Part shown: positions 22,239 through 31,867 of the stretch, one piece after another | How positions within the stretch are numbered: the first letter of the stretch is position 1 | How the letters are laid out: each line of letters opens with the position of its first letter | DNA from: Octopus bimaculoides | Lineage: Eukaryota | Reading direction: 5' to 3' | NCBI RefSeq assembly: GCF_001194135.2 | Contig: NC_068987.1 | Coordinates: 74,349,522-74,398,694, forward strand | Length of the DNA stretch: 49,173 bases | Made by a program: the position numbers and the translations under genes | Notes under the pieces: generated by a model | Database searches by the model: none | What the model saw: only the letters and a program-made list of their open reading frames with translations | Told to the model about the DNA's origin: nothing

Positions 22239-22480
22239 TATTAACTTGTTTCTTAAATGTTATTTTATTATTCAATTATCCGTGTATGCAAAGTGTTTGT
22301 CTCCGTATCCGAATAATTTCGAGGAATCAAGTCTCACTCAACAATTTTCTGTTTGTTCTAAGTATATAAGAATTTATTAATATATTTGATGTAGTGACAG
22401 TGCAGACAATTCTTTACCCTAATAGGTTGTTGTAGTTATAATGATGTCAACAACGTTGTTTTCGAAAGTTATCAGTCTAA

Positions 22481-22594
22481 GTGACGTGTCGCAATGTGTA
22501 GAGGAACTTTAAAGAAATGAATTACAACAAACAGCTGACTGTTGTTGTTTTCTGCTTTCCACGTGACTCTTACGTCGTGGCGGAATTTTATTGA
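22481..22594 (-). promoter_or_regulatory. Candidate stress-response motif cluster upstream of NUPR1
   Basis: TGACGTGT adjacent to GCAAT (22482-22495); E-box CCACGTGAC (22559-22567); minus-strand TCAAT-N9-CCACG (22594-22576), one mismatch from ERSE. Confidence 0.45.
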
Positions 22595-22760
22595 TTCATT
22601 TGTTTGTTTTATTAATTTCTTTATGGAAGACTTCGTGGACAAAGGTTGCTCTTAGAAGAGTAGCTAGCTTGCCGATAATTTGAGATAAAGTAGTTTTTAA
22701 AATCACTCACAGTGGAGAAAGTCAAGTTGTCTCCTTTTAATTACAACGATAAGATATTTT

Positions 22761-23329
22761 GGATCTTTTTTGAAACGGGGGCCACATTTTTCATTAACGA
22801 AACACTTTGAAACTTGGAACACTGGTAGAATGTGTCATATAAAACATCTTTTTCTCTTAGTCTTCTTAAAAAAAAAAGAAATCCATAAGCTATTCCATGT
22901 TAAAGTTGTCGTATTTCTGTAATTTCAACCAATCACTGACGTCCATTCAGCCGATATACATTAAGTGCCGACTACATAAACAAACGATTCTGAAACAATT
23001 AACCCTAACCCTAACCCTAGGGTTAGGGTTAGGGTTAAAGCAAATTTAAAATGAAAAAAAGCAAATAAAATGAAGGTATGGAGATTAAATACGCTTTACA
23101 TCGCTTAATCAGCCAAAGGAGTAAATATAAACAACTGAATACTTGTCAGTGATTGGTTGAAATTATCGAAATAAGACAATTTTTTACATGAAATAAATTC
23201 GAATACAAAAATATTTGTCTGTTCTATAACACAAAATAGATAAGTATACGAAGTTTGAAAGTCTTTCCGTACCAAAAACACTACGTAAAACATTAATGAA
23301 AAATGTGGCCCCCGTTTTAAAATAGATCC
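22761..23329. mobile_element. 569-bp non-autonomous DNA transposon with 8-bp TSD and central telomere-repeat palindrome
   Basis: ~37-bp TIRs (ggatc…aaacgggggccacatttttcattaa); TSD gatatttt at 22753-22760 and 23330-23337; perfect internal 20-bp IR at 22921-22940 / 23145-23164; tt(aaccct)3(agggtt)3aa at 22999-23038. Confidence 0.9.
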
Positions 23330-23671
23330 GATATTTTAAATATTTTGTGAAAGGCATTTACCATCACACTATTTCCACTCCTCTTCCATAATAAATACCG
23401 ACCTTAAGTTTATTCACAGTAAACAAGACGTAAGTTTCTTTTAACAAGCTAAATGTGCAACACGATTTCAAATTTCTACTGCAGCTGTTTCATTGTTAAT
23501 GTCTTTCCAAGTAAGATAAACGTCACAAAATTCTATCTTACCCTCAATGCACAATGCAGGGTGTCTTGTTAAAAGAAAACAATACATTTAAAAGTAAGTG
23601 ACCAAGAAAAGCTTTGAGAAAGAAGTGCAGGATGCTGGTTCGTTTGCACCAGTATATTTCTGCGATCAAAT

Positions 23672-23835
23672 TCTGGGCAGTGTGGTTGTGTGGTAAAAAG
23701 TTTGTTTCCCATCCATATGGTTCCAGGTTCAGTCTCTCTGCGTGGTACCTTGGGCAAATATATTTTACTACAGCCTCGGGCCGACCAAAGCCTTGGTAAT
23801 GGATTTAGTGAACGGTAACTGGAAGAGGCCCATCG

Positions 23836-23874
<39 letters not shown>

Positions 23875-23976
23875 TTCCGTAACTTAGTAGTTCGGTAAAA
23901 GTATTGGAGTTGATTCGTTCGACTAAAATTCGTCAAGGTGGTGCTGAAGCATGGCCGCAGTCTACTGACTGAAACA
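23672..23976 (+). mobile_element. SINE family A with internal deletion
   Basis: Head gtggttgtgtggtaaaaag, core ccttgggcaaat…cctcgggccgaccaaagcc (CpGs retained), (TA)(GT) tract, tail gactgaaac. Confidence 0.8.
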
Positions 23977-24292
23977 CCGCTTTGAAGTGTTTAGTTGAAC
24001 AAATCTATTCCAGCATTTATATTTTAAGTTTGGTACTTATTCTATCGGTTTCGAACCACTAAGTCACAGGAACGTAAACAAACCAACATCAGTTGTCAAG
24101 TAGTGGAGGAAGGAAAACACAAATAGAGCACTGACGAGTTTCCTCGCAGTTTCTGTCTACCAATTTCACTCACAAAATATTGGTCGGCTCAGGTGTTATC
24201 ATAAAAGACACCCAAGATGCCGCGCAACAGGATTGAACCCCAAACCTCGTGATTACAAAGCGAGCTTCTTAACAACACAGTTATGCTTGCGC
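23977..24292 (-). mobile_element. SINE family A, opposite orientation, tail-to-tail with the previous copy
   Basis: ggtacttattctatcgg…ttctgtctaccaatttcactcac…ggattgaacccaaac. Confidence 0.7.
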
Positions 24293-24377
24293 CTTCGGAC
24301 TTCTTACAATAACACACGATCGCAAACTGGTTGGGAACGGAGAATTGATGTCAATGTATGAAGGGTATTAGCTATAA

Positions 24378-24583
24378 GGCGGCGGGCTGGCAGAAATGTT
24401 AGCACGCCGGACGAAATGCTTAGAGGTATTTCGTCTGTTTTGGCGTTCTGAGTTCAATTCCGCCGAGGTCGACTTATCCTTTCGGGGTCGATAAATTAAG
24501 TACCAGTTGCATACTGGGGCCGATCCAATCGACTGGTTCCCTTCCCCAAAATTTCGGGCCTTGTGCCTAGAGTAGAAAAGAAT
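24378..24583 (+). mobile_element. tRNA-derived SINE family B, well preserved
   Basis: ggcggcgggctggcagaaatgttagcacgccgg…gagttcaattccgccgaggtcgac…ggggtcgataaattaagtaccag. Confidence 0.88.
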
Positions 24584-26633
24584 GGTATTAACTATACCAA
24601 CCTTAGAAAGATGAAAAGCTCAGTCGACTCTTGTAGGATTTGAACTCGTAAATGGATTAAAATAAACTTGAGATATCTAACACGGGATTTTGTGCTCTCA
24701 TTCTTGTGCTGCCTGTGCAGCCTCACGGTGGCCAAGTTTTTTCTTAATTAAGTAAAAGGGTCATATATTTTAGGATATATGTTGGTGTGTGGACAGGAAG
24801 TATAGCATCCATCCTTATCCTACCAGCAGTACAGAAAGAGGCGAAATGAAACGGCTTCAACCTGGAATTGAAAACGTACCGAGAAGTTGTAAAACAAATA
24901 ACGATAAGGCTTAAATTCAGTGTAACAAGAGCAGGGCAATTAGGGATGAGCTCCCGTTGCCCCATAAAATAGCTCCATATGGCGGGTACAAACTTATCAC
25001 CTTTGTCGGACAATCGACCTCCCATATCTCATGGCACTGGCATAAATTAACTGGAATGGCTTCCAAATTCCTCACTCAAAATTTAGTATGCGTTTGTTCC
25101 GGAATCTGACAACCGGTACCCTTACCTCGGCCCGTACAGAGCGAAGTCAAGGGTGTTGGGAAGGCTATTAACCTGGGCCTCTAATTCTGAAAGGAAATTC
25201 TCTCTTCGGTTAGAGGCAGCAATTGAAGGAGTCAATTAAAAAAAAAAAAATGGGGCCTATATTTCATACTTGGTTGTGCTTACTACCAGCTTTGTACGGT
25301 TCTAGCTTTAACTTTTACAACTATATTGTATCCTGCGGCAAGCTGGAGCGAAGCCATTCGCCGCATTACCGCCCATGGTTTGGCTGATTCTTCTAGCTGG
25401 ACAATATCTTGGTGATTAGAATATACAATTTGATAGAGTCGAGGACCCTACTGCAAGGAGTATGCATCAAAAGACAAGCAGCCTCGAAAGGCTGGCTAAA
25501 CAGGCAAGGTATAGGCCAAAACTATAGTTACTTCACCGTGCTCACTTCATTGCGATTTCTGGAGTGGACACCAATAAGGATTATAGATAGAGTACAAGAA
25601 CGAGAAGTTAATAGCTTGCCAACGAATAAAATATTGGTTTCAAATTTTGGCACTAAGCCAAGATTTTTTTTTTTGAGTGGTGAGGGTTAAGTTGATAACT
25701 TCCCTTGGCAAACAGGACACAGTAGTGTGTCGATAAGCCAGCTGGAGGAGATGTCCTCCTGGAGCTAAAAGCAACAGTAACATCCACCCCTAGGGGTCAG
25801 CCACACTTAAGTGGCAATATACTACACTTTATCGTGCAGTTACTGTTAATACTTCATTTAGAGAATTAACATTGCTTATATANNNNNNNNNNNNNNNNNN
25901 NNNNNNNNNNNNNNNNNNNNNNNNNNNNNNNNNNNNNNNNNNNNNNNNNNNNNNNNNNNNNNNNNNNNNNNNNNNNNNNNNNNNNNNNNNNNNNNNNNNN
26001 NNNNNNNNNNNNNNNNNNNNNNNNNNNNNNNNNNNNNNNNNNNNNNNNNNNAGAAAGAAAGAGATAGTGAAAAAAGAGAATGTAAAAGAAGGGCGATATG
26101 ACGGTTTTTTTTTCTTTAGTGGAATAAGAAGAAAACTGGGAGAATGACGTCTTCTGATCATTGTTTTCTCAGTCAGAATCAATTCGGGGCCAAACAGCTG
26201 AAAACTTTGTTTATCTGTTTCTGTCTGTCTGTTTGTCTCTCTCTCTCTCTCTCTCTCTCTCCCCCTCTCTTTTTCTCCTTCTCTTTGAAGAGCACCCCAT
26301 ATATTACTGAAAACCTGATATAATAAGTGTGAGAGAACAATCCATCAAAACATTGAAGGATCACATTTACGTAACTGAAAAGGAGATGATATCTTTAAGA
26401 AGCAGGAATAAGCTGATTGGACGCATCTGATCGGACGCTAACTATTTGGCCGATTGGTTATTTAACCAGTATTGACGACAGTAGGTTTTGCCACTAGAGG
26501 CAAAGACACACGCGCGTGCAGAAATTTACCTGTATAGATAGAAAGAGTGAAAGTGATAGAGAAAAAAGAGGGAAAGAGAGAGAGAGACATTACACATATA
26601 TACCACATACAAAGATAACAAGATGCACCCACA

Positions 26634-26674
26634 CATAGATAGATAGATGGATAGATAGATAGATAGATAGATAT

Positions 26675-26731
<57 letters not shown>

Positions 26732-26750
26732 GAGATAGATAGAGAGAGAG
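26634..26750 (+). repeat. (GATA)n microsatellite
   Basis: Read directly. Confidence 0.95.
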
Positions 26751-27336
26751 AGGGGGAGAAACATTAAAGCATCTGATGTTAAATAAATCAACATCGAATC
26801 AGCACGCCAAATGGGTGGCGCCAAAGCAGCGATGCCAAAACGGCTGTGTCAAAATGTCTCATAAGCTTAAGACGCTAATGCTTTGCTTATATCTATTTTA
26901 AATTTGAGTTTCCCTGTGATACTACCACCCCAACATTTTTTTGTTCTGATTCACACCACGGAGAATTGTCCTGGATGTGTTGATCTAACGTCACGTTTTA
27001 TATACAAGGTCATGCAGTGTTCTGTTTCTGGTTAAGACAGCTGTTAATGGATCAGTCTGTCAAGCTGTAAATAGATGGTAAGATGATGGTTCACTGGAGT
27101 CAGTATCAGCAATAAGGGTACCATCATACAGCCTTTTTATTAGGTCACAAGACTGAGACAAGCACGACAGTTCTTACGTCCTAGATATACTACATGGTGC
27201 TAAAGACTCTAAGTGATTTTCTAACGACAAATGGATCACGTGGCATTCGTTTCCTCGCCCCTCTCCATTTCACTCCCGTTCCATAAATATTATCTCGCAC
27301 ACACTCATACAAGAGCCAACAAAGTAATTTCTGTAT

Positions 27337-27519
27337 TAGTCGTGGGAAAACTGGGTCCTACGAGCCACATGCATATCGTTCAGAGTCCTGCGGATCACGG
27401 GGCTCTCTGAATGGCACGCCTAATGAAAAATTACCTTGAATGCTTTTAGCGGTGTGACCCATCGCATGATGAGCCATGTCTCATGCGGTCCGCTTCACGG
27501 AAAAGTTTGCCCATGCCTC
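27337..27519. mobile_element. hAT-like MITE
   Basis: Degenerate TIRs tagtcgtgggaaaact / agtttgcccatgcct; subterminal gggtcc / gcggtccgc motifs. Confidence 0.55.
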
Positions 27520-28529
27520 CTGTTGTATGTATTGTCTTGCTAGAAATAGCAGCCAAATTTCTCCTAAATCATAATATTTTGCTAAAAGTGCTCTTGAAGA
27601 CCACATTGAATAATGCAATATTAGATAGACTACTCCTGAAATATAAAAGAGAGGATAGTCGCGTTTGGGGGCCTTCTGGTCATAGTTTTCTCAGTCAGAA
27701 TCAGTGTCTGTCTGTCTATTTGTCTGTTGCTTCTTCTTTCTTCCCCGCTCCCTCCGTCTCTTTCATGTTCTGTCATCTTATATAATTCTGATTGTCCTTC
27801 ACTCAAGCTAGTTTCTTAAACCATCCTGGTGTTTTCGCTATTGAAATCTGTACTTTTAATCGTTGATGTATTACGTCCTGTATGTGCTACCATAACATGA
27901 ATGTTGACTACTCTAAGTACAATCAAGAAGTCGAAAAATACAAACGTGGCAATGTTTAAAAACAAAACCAAAAACAAACGAGAGAAAAAAAGTCCCCCTC
28001 GTACCTCAACACTTTCTTCTCCCTCTCTTTTAATTTCTTTTATAAATACTACATTCTACCCACCGCCGCTTATCTGGTTACCACCTGTTCATCGAAATTG
28101 TCTCTTTGACATACTATAATATATTATAAACACATTTAAGGAACACCGACTGATTTCTCTGTCATTCCAATGAAGCCATCGTAAACAAGCCATGTTTCGT
28201 CTGATGTAATCAAGACGTTACACAAACAGACACGTACAAATGTTAACCTGGATCAACATAAATCAAATTACAGTAACCTTGTATTGTTGTCCTCAAACGA
28301 ATGATTAGGAGGAGGAGGAATACACAGGGACGTCTGCTGTATAAAACGTTTAACGGTTAATGTTTACATTATTACCCGCAAACAAAATCGAAAAAGAAAA
28401 GAGAAAATAGTGTAACGGGTGTAAAAAAAAAAGGTGTAGGGAACGAATATGAAAACAAAAATTCAGGGAAAGCAACGGAAGGTGAGGGGGAAAGGCCTTC
28501 GGAAAATTCACAAGATCTGATGTTTTTCC

Positions 28530-28732
28530 CTCTTTTACTCTTTAACTTGTTTCAGTCAATTGACTGTGACCATGCTGGAGCACCGCCTTTAGTCGAGCAA
28601 ATCGACCCCAGGACTTATTCTTTGTAAGCCTAGTACTTATTCTATCGGTCTCTTTTTGCCGAACCGCTAAGTGACGGGGACATAAACACACCAGCATCGA
28701 TTGTCAAGCAATGCTAGGGGGGACAAACACAG

Positions 28733-28776
<44 letters not shown>

Positions 28777-29068
28777 GTATATANNNNNNNNNNNNNNNNN
28801 NNNNNNNNNNNNNNNNNNNNNNNNNNNNNNNNNNNNNNNNNNNNNNNNNNNNNNNNNNNNNNNNNNNNNNNNNNNNNNNNNNNNNNNNNNNNNNNNNNNN
28901 NNNNNNNNNNNNNNNNNATATACGACGGGCTTCTTTCAGTTACCGTCTACCAAATCCACTCACAAGGCTTTGGTCAGCTCGAGGCTATAGTAGAAGACAC
29001 TTGCCCAAGATGCCACGCAGTGGGACTGAACTCGGAACCATGTGGTTGGTAAGCAAGCTACTTACCAC
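28530..29068 (-). mobile_element. SINE family A, young near-full-length copy spanning a gap
   Basis: Closely similar to 2228-2481; head gtggtaagtagcttgcttaccaaccacatggttccgagttcagtcccactgcgtggc on the minus strand. Confidence 0.88.
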
Positions 29069-29824
29069 ACACACACACACATATATATATATAAAACGGT
29101 TAGATTTTATGAAGGCTGCAATTCTCTTGTTCGGGGTCAGCCTTTGTAATGGGAGAAATTGATTTGTAAACAATATTATGATGATGTCGGAGTCAGCAGT
29201 TGTGACAATAAGAATTTGTTATAATTGCATGTTGTAAGATGTGAATGATGGACAATACATGAAGTTTTAAGGAAATATTTATTTACCGTTACATTACAAT
29301 ACCTTGCCTCCACGGGCAGGTTATGATAAATCCAAGAGCATGCGAAGTAAAGTTTGTGTTTGTGTCCTCTTCATTGTTTAGTAGAAATTACAGAGAGAGA
29401 TAGAATGATGTTGTAAGAGAATAGAATTAGAGCTAGTGAAAGTTATAGGGTGTGGGGTATTGTCTCGCAGTTGCTGATAGTAAACTTCATTTCTCTCTCT
29501 GACCAAGGTTCTAGCTGGTCAGCCAGACTTCGTTCTCACTGAGTCGTCACCGACTGGTGACTGAACTAACTTTTTGCTTGGGGTTTTCTTGCTTTTATAA
29601 CTATCTAGAAGGATAGACATATCATTGAGAACAATAGATTTAGTTAGTGGTCTTGTTATCTCTATTTTAGCTTTTGGTGAAGTAGTAAAGGTTAGAAAGG
29701 GTCAAGTGGTGAAGACATTATTTTGGCCTAGCTAAAGGCATCTGGAAAATGTAAAACTGCTGTCAGAGAAAAGCCATTGTTCCACCGTGGGAAAAGTTCT
29801 AGTTGCAGTGTTATTTTAAATTTG

Positions 29825-30115
29825 GGATCTTGTTCAAAACGGGGGCACCAGTATTTTCTTAACGAAACACTTTGAAACTTGGGACACTGGTAGAATGTGT
29901 CATATAAAACATCTTTTTCTCTTAGTCTTCTTAACAAAAAACGTACATCGCAAGTAATTTCATGTTAAAGTTGTCGTATTTCTGTAATTTCAACCAATGA
30001 CTGACGTCCATTCAGCCGTAAAAATTAACTGCTGACAACGTAAACAAACGATTCTCGGCGGTGATAAAATTATTATTTCCTTGTCAAAAAATGGCTGAAG
30101 CATATTGGCAGTAGC
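29825..30115 (+). mobile_element. Second copy (left arm) of the 22761-23329 family
   Basis: 29825-30055 aligns with 22761-22991, then diverges and runs into a gap. Confidence 0.85.
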
Positions 30116-31249
30116 NNNNNNNNNNNNNNNNNNNNNNNNNNNNNNNNNNNNNNNNNNNNNNNNNNNNNNNNNNNNNNNNNNNNNNNNNNNNNNNNNNNNN
30201 NNNNNNNNNNNNNNNNNNNNNNNNNNNNNNNNNNNNNNNNNNNNNNNNNNNNNNNNNNNNNNNNNNNNNNNNNNNNNNNNNNNNNNNNNNNNNNNNNNNN
30301 NNNNNNNNNNNNNNNNNNNNNNNNNNNNNNNNNNNNNNNNNNNNNNNNNNNNNNNNNNNNNNNNNNNNNNNNNNNNNNNNNNNNNNNNNNNNNNNNNNNN
30401 NNNNNNNNNNNNNNNNNNNNNNNNNNNNNNNNNNNNNNNNNNNNNNNNNNNNNNNNNNNNNNNNNNNNNNNNNNNNNNNNNNNNNNNNNNNNNNNNNNNN
30501 NNNNNNNNNNNNNNNNNNNNNNNNNNNNNNNNNNNNNNNNNNNNNNNNNNNNNNNNNNNNNNNNNNNNNNNNNNNNNNNNNNNNNNNNNNNNNNNNNNNN
30601 NNNNNNNNNNNNNNNNNNNNNNNNNNNNNNNNNNNNNNNNNNNNNNNNNNNNNNNNNNNNNNNNNNNNNNNNNNNNNNNNNNNNNNNNNNNNNNNNNNNN
30701 NNNNNNNNNNNNNNNNNNNNNNNNNNNNNNNNNNNNNNNNNNNNNNNNNNNNNNNNNNNNNNNNNNNNNNNNNNNNNNNNNNNNNNNNNNNNNNNNNNNN
30801 NNNNNNNNNNNNNNNNNNNNNNNNNNNNNNNNNNNNNNNNNNNNNNNNNNNNNNNNNNNNNNNNNNNNNNNNNNNNNNNNNNNNNNNNNNNNNNNNNNNN
30901 NNNNNNNNNNNNNNNNNNNNNNNNNNNNNNNNNNNNNNNNNNNNNNNNNNNNNNNNNNNNNNNNNNNNNNNNNNNNNNNNNNNNNNNNNNNNNNNNNNNN
31001 NNNNNNNNNNNNNNNNNNNNNNNNNNNNNNNNNNNNNNNNNNNNNNNNNNNNNNNNNNNNNNNNNNNNNNTTTTTTTTTCCCCTCATAACTTTTAGGAAA
31101 ATGGTTTTTTTTTTTTAAATGAAATTTTATATAAATACCTTTCAAACGGTATAGATTACGATTATAAAGAATTTTGTGGGGGAAAATCTTTTCCGAGGGG
31201 GTGGGGCGTGGACTTCAGAAAATTCACAAGATCCGAAAAGGTATATATT

Positions 31250-31635
31250 CTTATATATATACACATACATACATATATATATTTACATATATATTATACA
31301 CACACGTATATACATATATATTATACACACATGTATATATATATATATATATAATGCGTATGTATATGTATACATATATATTTCTATGTGTGTGTGTAGA
31401 TATATAATATATAAATTCTTATTTAATTATATACACAACCCATCATACATGCGTATTTTGCACTGTGTGTATATATTTAAATATATATAATGTATGTCCA
31501 CACATTCACACATGCATTTGCTCACGATAAACATGCGCATCATATACACTTACACGCACATACATAGATATACACACACGCATATTTGTATATTAATGTA
31601 TATATGTGTATGAATATACATACATATATATATAA
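31250..31635. repeat. TA / TACA low-complexity tract
   Basis: Read directly. Confidence 0.85.
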
Positions 31636-31732
31636 TTATTTTTCTCGAATTTATTAGTATATTTATTTCTATTAAATGTGTTTCATCCAATTCTGGAGGG
31701 GGAAAAAATGTTTAGATTTCGTAGCTTTATTT

Positions 31733-31793
31733 TTTTTCTGCTAAGTCATCGTCGGTGATATCAGACGAGATAAAACGAGATCTGCCATCTTGG
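31733..31793. promoter_or_regulatory. Candidate VCP proximal promoter motifs: ARE (CNC-sMaf) and YY1-like
   Basis: Minus strand ATGACTTAGCAGAAAAAA (core 31740-31749) fits RTGACnnnGC with an AT-rich flank; GCCATCTTG at about 31785-31793. Confidence 0.5.
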
Positions 31794-31850
31794 ATTAAGC
31801 ACTCAGCACTTTGCCGTCGTCACGCCAGAATAGTAAGATATCTGATCAGG

Positions 31851-31867
31851 ATGGGCGACAAAGGAAG
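31851..31867 (+). CDS. VCP: VCP/p97 predicted coding exon 1 (MGDKG + 2 nt)
   Basis: ATG GGC GAC AAA GGA AG|GTAAGA: a 17-nt phase-2 exon with a strong donor. It joins exon 2 to give [14 protein letters not shown]…; human VCP also has a 17-nt first coding segment. The join across 14.7 kb is inferred. Confidence 0.7.

Noticed and set aside
22999-23038. Telomere repeats as a chromosome-fusion scar
   Set aside because: Orientation is (CCCTAA)n then (TTAGGG)n, there are only three units per side, and it lies inside a TSD-flanked transposon.
24378-24470. tRNA gene candidates (also 10780-10859 and 14230-14289)
   Set aside because: A and B boxes run into multi-copy SINE bodies, and no complete cloverleaf is evident.
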